From positions 13,667-77,666 of the forward strand of contig CABUAW010000004.1 in NCBI GenBank assembly GCA_902489645.1: a stretch of DNA of 64,000 nucleotides. The letters are read 5' to 3'. The position numbers were made by a program, and so were the translations under genes. Numbering within the stretch: position 1 is the first letter of the stretch; each line of letters begins with the position of its first letter. The notes beneath the pieces were generated by a model. The model had not been told where the DNA came from. It searched no databases and saw nothing but the letters and a program-made list of their open reading frames with translations. The stretch is from an uncultured Lachnospiraceae bacterium. Its GTDB lineage: Bacteria; Bacillota; Clostridia; Lachnospirales; Lachnospiraceae. This document shows, piece after piece, positions 28,078-38,063 of this stretch.

Positions 28078-30402
28078 ATGGAAGATAAGGGCTACGGTGG
28101 CCTGACCAGTGCCGAGGTCAAAAAGAGAATCGACAAGGGCCAGGTCAATACATCAGATAGTCATATTTCAAAAACAACGGCAGAGATTGTTCGTTGTCAT
28201 ACACTGACTTATTTCAACTTTTTAAATGTATTTCTCGGAATTCTTGTAATTATTTCCGGCCAGTTTAAAAATCTGACCTTCCTTGGCGTTATATTCTGTA
28301 ATTCGATTATAGGTATTTTTCAGGAATTGAAGGTTAAAAAATTAATTGATAATCTGGCGGTGATTACGGCCAGTAAAGCGCGGGTATGCCGAAATGGGAA
28401 ATTTAAAGATATTCCCATAGAGGCTTTGGTGATTGACGATTTGCTTTTGGTGGAAAACGGCAATCAGATTGGCGCGGACTGTGTTGTTCTGGAATCGGAG
28501 GGCATTGAAGTCAATGAATCCATGATTACCGGAGAATCCAGGCCGGTACGTAAGGCGCCGGGGGATACGCTCTGGTCCGGAAGCTTTATGGTGGCCGGAA
28601 GCGGCAGGGCAAAGGTTATCCATGTGGGTAAGGATAATTATGCGACCAAGCTGGCCAGCCAGGCAAAGCAGAAAAAGCGGGCATCTTCTGAGATGCAGGA
28701 TTCGATTAAGCGGATTATCAAGGTGACAGGAACGATTCTTGTGCCTGTGGGAATTTTACTGTTTATATCTCAGCGGGGCGCAGAAGGCATTACCTTTTCC
28801 GACGCGCTTGTAAATACGGTAGCCGGCGTTATCGGTATGATTCCGGAAGGACTTGTGCTTTTGACCAGCGTTTCTTTTATCCTTGGCGTTGGCCGCCTGG
28901 CCGGAAAGCAGGCGCTGGTGCAGGAGATGGAAGCCATCGAAGCTCTGGCGCGGGTAAATGTTCTCTGTCTGGATAAGACGGGGACTATCACGACGGGGGC
29001 TTTGGAGGTTGTTGAGCTGATTCCCTTTGGAGAAGATGCAGGACGGATGCGGGAGGTTATGAATGAGATTGCTTTTGCATTTGATGATGTGAACGCAACT
29101 CAGGATGCGTTGATGTCCTATTTTGAGAAAACGGAGAAATGGAAGATTCTATCGAAGATTCCATTTTCATCAGACAGGAAATACCGGGCAATTGCCTTTG
29201 AGGGAGAGGGGAATTATGTTCTCGGGGCGCCGGAATTTCTTGTGAAGGATAATAAAGAATTGAATGAAAAGGTGGACGCCTGTTCCCGGGATGGTATGCG
29301 CGTCCTTCTTTTAGGAAAATGTTCGAAGATAAATATGTCGGACATGTCGGTCAGCGGCGTGACGCCGTCGGGCCTGATTGTGATTTCTGACTGTATTCGG
29401 CCGGAAGCCAAAGGCACCTTTGAATACTTTGCCAGCCAGAATGTGGCCATTAAGGTAATTTCCGGGGATAATCCGGTGACGGTGTCGAATATTGCGGTCA
29501 AGGCTGGACTTGAGGGCGGCGAGCGGTATGTGGATGCCAATACGCTGCCGGAGGATTTCGAAGAACTTCGGGAGGTTGTTCCGAATTATACAGTCTATGG
29601 CCGGGTGCGCCCGGAACAGAAACAGCGGATTGTCAAGGCGTATCAGGCCAACGGCAGCGTGGTCGGTATGGTTGGCGACGGCGTCAATGATGTTCTGGCT
29701 TTAAAAGACGCCAACTGCGGTATTGCCATGGCGGCGGGAAGCGATGCAGCCAAACAGGTGGCGCACATCGTGCTGATGGATTCTAATTTTGCCAGTATGA
29801 AATCGATTGTCCGTGAAGGACGTATGATTATATCCAATATTGAGCGTGTCAGCGCCCTTTATCTGACAAAGACGATTTACTCCGTATTGTTGAGTATTAT
29901 CTTTATTTTTCTTGGCCGGACCTATCCTTTTGTGCCGATTCATCTGAGTATTATCAGTACGACGGCCATCGGTATTCCGAGCTTTATTCTGACTCTGGAA
30001 CAGACGGAGACGGTGACCAGCAACGGATTTATGCGGAATGTCCTGCGTATATCCCTGCCGAGTGCGTTGACGATGGTCATTATGCTGCTGATTAACCAGG
30101 CGGTCGCCGGATTTTTCGGTTTTGATGCGCTGATGCTTTCCACTTACAACCTGATTTTGGCCGGATGTATCAGTCAGATGGTTGTATGGGAGGTTTGCCG
30201 GCCGATGAATACGCGACGGCGGATTTTGTGTATTGTCATGGGATTTATTTTTACGGCGGCGATTTTCCTTTTCCCGGAATTTTTCAGTATCACACACATA
30301 CTCAACTGGCGGTTAATTTTTATTATTCCGCTGATGATTCTTACCAGATATCTGATGCAGTGGCTGAAAAAGGCTGTCCGGATTCTGACAAAACAGCGCT
30401 GA
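28078..30402 (+). CDS. Cation-transporting P-type ATPase
   Basis: TGES, IPEGL, DKTGT and GDGVND motifs. Confidence 0.93.
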   Translation: MEDKGYGGLTSAEVKKRIDKGQVNTSDSHISKTTAEIVRCHTLTYFNFLNVFLGILVIISGQFKNLTFLGVIFCNSIIGIFQELKVKKLIDNLAVITASKARVCRNGKFKDIPIEALVIDDLLLVENGNQIGADCVVLESEGIEVNESMITGESRPVRKAPGDTLWSGSFMVAGSGRAKVIHVGKDNYATKLASQAKQKKRASSEMQDSIKRIIKVTGTILVPVGILLFISQRGAEGITFSDALVNTVAGVIGMIPEGLVLLTSVSFILGVGRLAGKQALVQEMEAIEALARVNVLCLDKTGTITTGALEVVELIPFGEDAGRMREVMNEIAFAFDDVNATQDALMSYFEKTEKWKILSKIPFSSDRKYRAIAFEGEGNYVLGAPEFLVKDNKELNEKVDACSRDGMRVLLLGKCSKINMSDMSVSGVTPSGLIVISDCIRPEAKGTFEYFASQNVAIKVISGDNPVTVSNIAVKAGLEGGERYVDANTLPEDFEELREVVPNYTVYGRVRPEQKQRIVKAYQANGSVVGMVGDGVNDVLALKDANCGIAMAAGSDAAKQVAHIVLMDSNFASMKSIVREGRMIISNIERVSALYLTKTIYSVLLSIIFIFLGRTYPFVPIHLSIISTTAIGIPSFILTLEQTETVTSNGFMRNVLRISLPSALTMVIMLLINQAVAGFFGFDALMLSTYNLILAGCISQMVVWEVCRPMNTRRRILCIVMGFIFTAAIFLFPEFFSITHILNWRLIFIIPLMILTRYLMQWLKKAVRILTKQR

Positions 30403-30475
30403 CCGGCGGATTCTACCGCTGGTCGGTTGCTTTTAGGGGCGCCTGGAATATAAGATGATTTCAGGAGGTGGCTTT

Positions 30476-31243
30476 ATGTATCAGATGGACAATGAAAAGT
30501 TTGGACAGTTTATCGCACAGCTTCGAAAGGAAAAGCATTTAACTCAGAAGGCGTTGGCCAAACAGCTTTTTATTTCGGATAAAGCGGTCAGTAAATGGGA
30601 GCGGGGGCTGAGTATCCCCGGTGTGTCCATGTTAATCCCGATGGCAGAGATTCTTGGCGTGACAGTGACCGAGCTGCTTCGGGGTGAACGGTTGGAGGCG
30701 GAAAGCTCACTGAACAGGGATGAAATTGAAAAACTGGTGACCTGTTCGATGGATATGTCATTAAAAGCGGAGGAAAAACAGCGCAGGAAGCGCAGATGGT
30801 GGCTGGGGATTTACATACTCGCTCTGTGCATTACGGCGGCGGAGCTGGTTCTATTCCGGGCTCTTGGGCTTATGTGGAGCGATATGGCGGACGGACCGCT
30901 GCTTTGTACCGGATTACTGCTGGTATTTGGCGGATGGTTTTGCGTCTTTGCAAAAGAAACGCTTCCGTCTTTCTATGATAAAAACAAGATTCATTTTGTC
31001 TCGGAGGGCGTTTTCCGAATGAATATACCGGGACTTTATTTCAACAATAGTAACTGGCCTTATATTTTGAATGTGGGCCGGGGATGGACTTGCGGCGGAG
31101 CGGTGCTGCTTCCGGCGGTGAGTTTTATCGGCTGGTATTTGTCTGGCAGCGGGTGGTGGGAGAATGTCCGATGGATTGTTCCGTTGGTATTTGTCCTCGG
31201 TATGTTTATACCGATGTATATATTCGGAAAAAAGTACGAATGA
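30476..31243 (+). CDS. XRE-family regulator with C-terminal membrane domain
   Basis: LTQKALA..SDKAVSKWERG HTH plus about four TM segments. Confidence 0.85.
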   Translation: MYQMDNEKFGQFIAQLRKEKHLTQKALAKQLFISDKAVSKWERGLSIPGVSMLIPMAEILGVTVTELLRGERLEAESSLNRDEIEKLVTCSMDMSLKAEEKQRRKRRWWLGIYILALCITAAELVLFRALGLMWSDMADGPLLCTGLLLVFGGWFCVFAKETLPSFYDKNKIHFVSEGVFRMNIPGLYFNNSNWPYILNVGRGWTCGGAVLLPAVSFIGWYLSGSGWWENVRWIVPLVFVLGMFIPMYIFGKKYE

Positions 31244-31281
31244 TTGAAAAATAATAAAAATAATTTTGTAGAAAATTGCCT

Positions 31282-31371
31282 TTGACTATGGCAGAAAAAA
31301 TTGATATGATATTAAATACAGCGTGTAGCGAAACTGCGTAAATCCGGTTGCTTGCTACACGCTGTTTTTTT
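31282..31371 (+). promoter_or_regulatory. Promoter followed by a leader terminator or attenuator before the second rubrerythrin operon
   Basis: TTGACT-N17-TATGAT then ACAGCGTGTAGC..GCTACACGCTGT stem plus T7. Confidence 0.6.
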
Positions 31372-31405
31372 ATGCCAAAGTATGCAGATGAAGGAGGAAA
31401 CGAAT

Positions 31406-32071
31406 ATGGAAAAATGGAAATGTAGTGTATGCGGATACATTCATGAGGGAGCATTGCCGGAGGATTTTGTTTGTCCTCGCTGTAAACAGCCGGCTTCTGT
31501 TTTTGTTTTAATGGAAGATGAAAAGGCCGTGGGTAAGAATCCGTATGCGGGAACAAAAACAGAAAAAAATCTGGAAGAGGCTTTTTCCGGTGAGAGCCAG
31601 GCTCGGAATAAATATACTTTCTTTGCCGCAGTAGCCCAGAGAGAAGGCTATGAGCAGCTTGCGGAGCTGTTTCTGAAAACGGCGCGTAATGAGCAGGAGC
31701 ATGCGAGAATGTGGTTTGAGGCCCTTGGCGGTATCGGAGGAACAGCCGCAAACTTACTGGCCGCAGCCGAAGGCGAGAACTATGAGTGGACGGATATGTA
31801 TGACCGGATGGCGAAAGAGGCAGAGGAAGAAGGCTTCCCTGAGATGGCTGAAAAATTCCGTCGTGTAGGCGCTATTGAAAAGGCGCATGAGGAACGGTAT
31901 CGTCAGTTACTCCATAACGTTGAAATGCAGGAAGTGTTTGCAAAGAGTGGCCAGACGATGTGGGAATGTCGCGTTTGCGGCCATCTGGTCGTAGGCACAG
32001 AGGCGCCGGAGGTTTGTCCGGTCTGCGGATATTCTCAGAGTTATTTTGAAGTTCGTAAAGAAAATTATTAA
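31406..32071 (+). CDS. Rubrerythrin with N- and C-terminal rubredoxin domains
   Basis: [34 protein letters not shown]. Confidence 0.92.
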   Translation: MEKWKCSVCGYIHEGALPEDFVCPRCKQPASVFVLMEDEKAVGKNPYAGTKTEKNLEEAFSGESQARNKYTFFAAVAQREGYEQLAELFLKTARNEQEHARMWFEALGGIGGTAANLLAAAEGENYEWTDMYDRMAKEAEEEGFPEMAEKFRRVGAIEKAHEERYRQLLHNVEMQEVFAKSGQTMWECRVCGHLVVGTEAPEVCPVCGYSQSYFEVRKENY

Positions 32072-32095
32072 TATAAGCGGAGGTTTTAAAATCCA

Positions 32096-33478
32096 ATGGA
32101 ACAGACAGCGAAGACAGACAAAATGGGATGTATGCCCGTAAATAAATTAATGTTGACCATGGGATTACCGATGATTATATCCATGGTACTTCAGGCCCTT
32201 TATAATATTGTTGACAGTGCATTTATCTCGAACATGGCGGAAAATGGCGAGGCGGCGTTGACAGCATTGACGCTGGCTTTCCCAATGCAGATGCTGATGG
32301 TTGCGATAGGTATCGGAACCGGTGTCGGTACAAATGCGCTTTTGGCGAAGAGCCTTGGACAGGGAAATAAAGAAAAGGCGAGCAAGGTTGCAGGAAATTC
32401 TCAGTTTTTGGCGTTGATTATTTATATCGTATTTTTATTGTTTGGCATTTTCGGTGTGCGCTTTTACATATCGACCCAGACAACAAATGAATTGATTTAC
32501 AGTATGGGCGTGGATTATCTGACGATTTGCTGTGTTGTCTCTCCGGGGATTGTTTTCTTTTCTGTTTATGAAAAATTACTTCAGGCCTGCGGTCATTCCA
32601 TGTTTTCTACGATTGCCCAGATTGCCGGCGCCATCACAAACATTATTCTGGACCCTATTATGATTTACGGGCTGCTCGGCTGCCCGGAAATGGGGGTAAA
32701 GGGCGCCGCTTACGCAACGGTTATCGGACAGTGCGTTTCATGGATTCTTGCTTTGATTTTCCATTTGAAAGTCAATAAGGATATCATGAAAAAACGTAAA
32801 TACTTCAAACCGTCCGCATCAGTCATCAAAGGCATCTATTCGATAGGCCTGCCGGCGATTATCGCACAGGCATTGATGTCCATTATGACATATGGATTAA
32901 ACATTATTTTGGGAACGGTGGGAGAAAATCTGGTAACTGCTTACGGCCTTTATTATAAAATTCAGCAGTTCATATTATTTGCGGCCTTTGGTCTGCGTGA
33001 TGCGATTACGCCGATTGTATCCTTCAGTCATGGTATGGGAAGTAAATCCCGTATCCGTGATGGTATCAAATATGGATTGCTGTATACATTTATCATTATG
33101 GTAATTGGTACGGCGATTGTGGAAATTTTTGCCGGACCCCTTGCAAGGGTATTCGGCTTATCCGGGGAGACAGAGGTGCTTTGTATCAGCGCGATGCGTA
33201 TTATTTCAATCAGCTTTATCTTTGCCGGAGTCAACATTGCATTACAGGGCGTATTTCAGGCATTGGACGGCGGTCCGGAATCTTTGATTATTTCACTTTG
33301 CCGTCAGCTCATTTTTGTATTGCCTGTGGCATGGATTTTTGCACAGATTGTGCTTAAATCATCGGGTCCAATGTGGCTTTTATGGACGACTTTCCCGATT
33401 GCTGAAATTGTGACCGCAGTTATCGCATGTCTGTTGATGCGGAAAATATATAAAAAAGTCGAAGCTTTAAAAAACTAG
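32096..33478 (+). CDS. MATE-family efflux transporter
   Basis: [33 protein letters not shown]; about 12 TM segments. Confidence 0.92.
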   Translation: MEQTAKTDKMGCMPVNKLMLTMGLPMIISMVLQALYNIVDSAFISNMAENGEAALTALTLAFPMQMLMVAIGIGTGVGTNALLAKSLGQGNKEKASKVAGNSQFLALIIYIVFLLFGIFGVRFYISTQTTNELIYSMGVDYLTICCVVSPGIVFFSVYEKLLQACGHSMFSTIAQIAGAITNIILDPIMIYGLLGCPEMGVKGAAYATVIGQCVSWILALIFHLKVNKDIMKKRKYFKPSASVIKGIYSIGLPAIIAQALMSIMTYGLNIILGTVGENLVTAYGLYYKIQQFILFAAFGLRDAITPIVSFSHGMGSKSRIRDGIKYGLLYTFIIMVIGTAIVEIFAGPLARVFGLSGETEVLCISAMRIISISFIFAGVNIALQGVFQALDGGPESLIISLCRQLIFVLPVAWIFAQIVLKSSGPMWLLWTTFPIAEIVTAVIACLLMRKIYKKVEALKN

Positions 33479-33499
33479 AATAAAAAGGAGGTTGGTACT

Positions 33500-34084
33500 A
33501 TGAAAAACAGAGTTATCACCATCAGCCGTCAGTTTGGAAGCGGTGGAAGAACCATTGGCAAAGAAGTTGCCGCCAAATTGGGGATTCCATGCTATGACCA
33601 TGAGGTTATTGAAAAAATTGCGGAAAAAAGCGGATTTACGAAAGAATATATCGATAAACGCAGTGAGGATGTAGCCCGTGGAAGCTGGCTGGCCGGCGCG
33701 CTCTTCGGCAGAGACTATTCCGGCTATTCGACACAGGATTATGTCTGGAAGTTCCAGAGAGACACGATTTTGGAACTGGCCGAGAAAAGTCCGTGTGTCA
33801 TTGTCGGACGATGTGCGGATTACATATTGAAGGATGAAGCCGATTGCCTGACCGTATTTATCCATGCGGATATGGAAAAGCGGGCTGCGCGTATCGTAGA
33901 GCAGTATGGTGAACGTCCCGAATCTCCTCAAAAACGACTGAAAGATAAGGATAAACGGCGGGCTGCTTACTATCAGTTTTATACAGATACCCAGTGGGGC
34001 GTTGCCGAGCATTATCATGTTTCTTTAGACAGCGGCGTTTTAGGCATTGAAAAATGCGTGGAAGTTCTCACAAGCTTATTTTAG
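33500..34084 (+). CDS. Cytidylate kinase-like family protein
   Basis: ITISRQFGSGG and CVIVGRCADY motifs. Confidence 0.88.
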   Translation: MKNRVITISRQFGSGGRTIGKEVAAKLGIPCYDHEVIEKIAEKSGFTKEYIDKRSEDVARGSWLAGALFGRDYSGYSTQDYVWKFQRDTILELAEKSPCVIVGRCADYILKDEADCLTVFIHADMEKRAARIVEQYGERPESPQKRLKDKDKRRAAYYQFYTDTQWGVAEHYHVSLDSGVLGIEKCVEVLTSLF

Positions 34085-34120
34085 ACAGATTGAAGGGGGA
34101 GCCCCAAAGCCATATGAATG

Positions 34121-34666
34121 TTATGGCTTTGGGGCTCCCTTTTTGATTTTAGAAGCCATCCATGGTGTGAACAGATGGGTGAAAATCGAATGATATTCTT
34201 CGAAGGATACCTCAGGGCCGTTGGTCAGAATTTCCATTTCAATTCCAAAGAGGTTGACCCGGAAGGGCATGACGGTCATACCGTTTCTTAAGTAAAAAGC
34301 CTTTCTGCGGATACGTTCCGCTGTGTTTTTTGATGGAATATCGGGGGCTTCAATTTCTAAAAGGAAACGCTTGCCCGAATATTTTTCAAAAAGCAGGTGG
34401 AGGGCGGAGGAACCGGCGCCGCTGTTCCTGCGGTTATCATCGATGGCAAAGTAATCCAAAAGGACGATATCGTTATATAGAATAGTGATGGCCAGACCGA
34501 GAAAATTTCCGTTATCATCTTCGATGGATAATATTTCCATGGAGCCTTCGGCCTGTTTTTTGCGTATTATAAAAAAAGGTTTCCGCTCCGAAGCCGGAAA
34601 AGCGCGGAGATATAATTTTTTTATGTCGGTCAGACGTTTCCGACTGAGATTTTGAGTTAATTTCAT
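34121..34666 (-). CDS. GNAT-family N-acetyltransferase
   Basis: LDYFAI..RRNSGAGS..FYLRNG. Confidence 0.85.
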   Translation of the reverse strand: MKLTQNLSRKRLTDIKKLYLRAFPASERKPFFIIRKKQAEGSMEILSIEDDNGNFLGLAITILYNDIVLLDYFAIDDNRRNSGAGSSALHLLFEKYSGKRFLLEIEAPDIPSKNTAERIRRKAFYLRNGMTVMPFRVNLFGIEMEILTNGPEVSFEEYHSIFTHLFTPWMASKIKKGAPKP

Positions 34667-34774
34667 GTGGGATTTTCGCCTTTCTTGTTTTTTATCTGTC
34701 TGAATAGTATAATACGAATGGGCAGAAATGCCAACCCATATGTAACATTGGAAATTGAATCAGGTGGTGACAGA

Positions 34775-35311
34775 ATGAATTCAGAGAAATTAATAAAAAA
34801 TATTATTGACCAGATGAAGGAAGCCCAGATTAAACTGGGGTTTGCTAAAGAAACAACGCGCTTATATTATCCGGTGGCGTCTTTGAACGCCATGCTGGGT
34901 ATTCATGCGGAAAATGATGAAGAAATGCTGGAGGCTTTGGCCGCTCCGGCTTTTCATGATACGGGACTGGGGCCGCTTCATTTTTCATCCCACAAAGGCC
35001 GCATTGAAATCAGTGTGCCGCCGGAGGGAGCCGAGTATGTCCATGAGAAAGTGGAAGCGCCGGCCTTTTTAAAGGCCATGATTGAATTGTTCCGGCAAAA
35101 TCATCATTGCAGCGTCGGGGATGTCCGGGCGTTATTTGAAAGTTTCAGTAAGGACTATGTCTATGAGAAAATGCCGGAGGGTTCCGATTTTGATGCGGTT
35201 CTTTATTTTAAAGATACTTCCGTAGACGCTTATTATTATTGTGTTAAAGAAGAAATGGGACACACTATTTATCATCGGTTTACAAAAGAGGATATGGAAA
35301 ATCTCTGGTGA
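34775..35311 (+). CDS. DUF3877-like hypothetical protein
   Basis: MKEAQIKLG..RLYYP..YHRF pattern, recalled from memory. Confidence 0.6.
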   Translation: MNSEKLIKNIIDQMKEAQIKLGFAKETTRLYYPVASLNAMLGIHAENDEEMLEALAAPAFHDTGLGPLHFSSHKGRIEISVPPEGAEYVHEKVEAPAFLKAMIELFRQNHHCSVGDVRALFESFSKDYVYEKMPEGSDFDAVLYFKDTSVDAYYYCVKEEMGHTIYHRFTKEDMENLW

Positions 35312-35388
35312 TAGAATTTATGGCGTCCGGGTTACGGTTAAAGAAAGTCAGCCGGGGGATTTGAAATCCTCCGGCTGTTTCCGGCTAT

Positions 35389-36636
35389 CTACCGCAGCTC
35401 GGCAATTCTTGTGACGGCTACGTAAATATCGCTGATTTTAAACCAGGTCGGGTAATCGACAACGCCGGTGACCGGAAGGCCGAAAACCCGCTGGAAGTCT
35501 GCAACGGCCTGACGGGTTCTTTCGCCATAAATGCCGTCGGCGGTGAGTGCAGGGAGGGCCGGATAGGTCTGTGCAATCCGGTTAAGCTGCTCCTGCATTT
35601 GACGCACCTTGGCTCCGGTAGAGCCAACTGTCAAATCAGCTCCGGGCCAGGAGGAAGGGATACCGCTGATTTGCTCGGCGGTATTGATGTACATATCATT
35701 TCCGTAATAATAGCGGATGATTTCAAGAGGGGCATAGCCCTGGTCGCCCAGATTCTTGGAGCCCCACTGGGACATCCAGTTCGGACAGCTTACCCGTTTG
35801 CCGTCGCAGTACTGGGTCAGTATGGGCTGCCGTACATTCGGCCGGGATAAGAAGTTGGCAAAAATCGTGTCCACAACCCGGGAAATACTTTCGTATACAT
35901 TTCGTCCATAGACGAAAAAATGGTCGTAGGCCGTCGAAGAAGTAATCGTAAAGTCGAAGCCTTTGTTCCTGTACCACTCGGTGTAAACCCGGTTCAGGGT
36001 AAAGGAGAGAATGGCGAGGACATTGGCGATGATGGTAGATTCGGGCCAGGTTGCATAAATTTCGCTGGAAGCCACATTTTTAATATAATCACGGAAGGGA
36101 ACAAAATAGTTGGCGGCGCTGTTATCGGTCGGCGGTCCGTCGTGAACGATGATTGTTTCCGGCACAACGACCCGGCTGAGGACGATTTCACCGGTTTCAT
36201 TCACATCCTTGATTTCGGCTTCCGCAATTTTCGGCGGATAAAGCTTCCAGAGCGTATGGGCGCCGATGACCAGTGGATTGTAGGCCGGCGTCTGGGTGAC
36301 GACGGGGCTCATGCGGACATTGGAGAGGCCGAGCTGACCGGATAAAATCTGGATGCCGGAAATTTCAACTTCTTCAAATCCGGGGGCGGTGATTTTCAGA
36401 TTGTATTCCGAATAGGGCTGAGTATCTCCGGGTTCAAGACTATACTCCACAGGCGGGGCGGCCAGTTCAATCGTGTCGCTGTTGCCGCTGTTATCCGTGG
36501 TGATGCGCTCCAGAATCTGCTCCGGTTCTCCGGTGGAGGAAATTTCAATGGTGGCATCGTCAATCGGGACATTGCCCTCGGCGGAGACCGCCGATATACG
36601 CAGTTGACCCTTATCAATTAAATTTATTTCTGGCAT
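35389..36636 (-). CDS. SleC-like spore cortex-lytic enzyme with peptidoglycan-binding domain
   Basis: DYIKNVASSEIYATWP, LNRVYTEWYR, QYCDG, C-terminal DGIYG..T..AV..FQ; sporulation-type CATATATT upstream. Confidence 0.85.
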   Translation of the reverse strand: MPEINLIDKGQLRISAVSAEGNVPIDDATIEISSTGEPEQILERITTDNSGNSDTIELAAPPVEYSLEPGDTQPYSEYNLKITAPGFEEVEISGIQILSGQLGLSNVRMSPVVTQTPAYNPLVIGAHTLWKLYPPKIAEAEIKDVNETGEIVLSRVVVPETIIVHDGPPTDNSAANYFVPFRDYIKNVASSEIYATWPESTIIANVLAILSFTLNRVYTEWYRNKGFDFTITSSTAYDHFFVYGRNVYESISRVVDTIFANFLSRPNVRQPILTQYCDGKRVSCPNWMSQWGSKNLGDQGYAPLEIIRYYYGNDMYINTAEQISGIPSSWPGADLTVGSTGAKVRQMQEQLNRIAQTYPALPALTADGIYGERTRQAVADFQRVFGLPVTGVVDYPTWFKISDIYVAVTRIAELR

Positions 36637-36983
36637 AGTTTGTTTCCTGAAATTGTTTTGTATAATATATGCAAATACCGGGGAAATGATAAATAAAATT
36701 TATTCCGATTTTACGAAAATAGTTTGGAGAGTGAAAAAAAATAAAGGAAAAGGTTGTTTTTCTAAAAATGATGTGATATACTTTTAGCAATTTAGGGTTT
36801 TTTGTCAGATGTCAAAGAAAAAGAAATTCGGAATAAAATTCACGAATCACTCTTTTTTTTTGGGAAAATAGGGCAAAATGCTTATATTTATGCAAATAGA
36901 GACAGAAACATGAATAATTATGCTCCTGCGATACGTCTTAAAACGGATGTGGAACAGAGGATAAGAAAGGGACAGGTGAGTGA

Positions 36984-38063
36984 ATGAAGGCATTTTTAAT
37001 ACTAGCCGATGGCACGGTCTTTGAAGGAACAAGCATTGGTTCGCAGCGGGAAATCATTAGTGAAATCGTTTTTAATACGTCAATGACAGGATATTTAGAA
37101 ATTCTTACAGATCCATCCTATGCCGGGGAAGCCGTTGTCATGACATATCCAATAATTGGAAATTATGGAGTATGTTTTGATGATATGGAAGATGACAGAC
37201 CCTGGCCGGATGGATTTATTGTTAGAGAGCTGGCAACAGCGCCAAGTAATTTCAGAAATGAATGTGGCCTGTCTGAATTTTTAAAAGACCATGATATTCC
37301 TGGAATTCAGGGCATTGATACCCGGGCGCTGACGAAAATTCTGAGAAGTCAGGGAACCATGAACGGTATGATTACGACCAGCGAAAATTTTGATTTAGAA
37401 GAGATTCTCCCGAGGATTCGTGCGTTTAAAGCGAAAGATGTTGTAAAAAGAGTTACCTGCGCCCAAAAGGAACATTTTTCTGATGGAAAATACAAGGTGG
37501 CCCTGATGGATTTCGGGGCAAAGAGAAATATTGCCAGAGAGCTTGCCAAACGGGGATGTGAAGTGACCATTTATCCGGCCTATACGTCTGCGGAAGAAAT
37601 TATGGCGGCCCATCCGGACGGCATTATGCTCTCCAACGGCCCTGGGGACCCGAAGGATTGTATGCCGATTGTCGCTGAGGTGAAAAAAATGTTTGATGCG
37701 GATATTCCGATGTTTGGTATCTGTCTCGGACATCAGCTCTTAGCTCTGGCCAACGGCGCCGACACCCGTAAAATGAAATGGGGACACCGCGGCGCCAATC
37801 ATCCGGTCAAAGACCTTGTGACCGGACGGGTTTATATTTCCACACAGAATCACGGCTATGTGGTTTCTTCAAAATCCGTTCCTGACGGCGTTGCCGAGGT
37901 GAGCTTTAGAAATGCCAACGATGCGACGATGGAAGGACTTCACTATCTTGGAAAAAATGTCTTTACCGTTCAGTTCCATCCGGAAGCCTGCGGCGGCCCG
38001 CAGGATACGGGGTTCCTTTTTGACAAGTTTATTAACATGATGGAGGTTGCGAAAGATGCCTAA
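36984..38063 (+). CDS. carA: Carbamoyl-phosphate synthase small subunit
   Basis: [22 protein letters not shown] and QFHPE motifs. Confidence 0.96.
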   Translation: MKAFLILADGTVFEGTSIGSQREIISEIVFNTSMTGYLEILTDPSYAGEAVVMTYPIIGNYGVCFDDMEDDRPWPDGFIVRELATAPSNFRNECGLSEFLKDHDIPGIQGIDTRALTKILRSQGTMNGMITTSENFDLEEILPRIRAFKAKDVVKRVTCAQKEHFSDGKYKVALMDFGAKRNIARELAKRGCEVTIYPAYTSAEEIMAAHPDGIMLSNGPGDPKDCMPIVAEVKKMFDADIPMFGICLGHQLLALANGADTRKMKWGHRGANHPVKDLVTGRVYISTQNHGYVVSSKSVPDGVAEVSFRNANDATMEGLHYLGKNVFTVQFHPEACGGPQDTGFLFDKFINMMEVAKDA

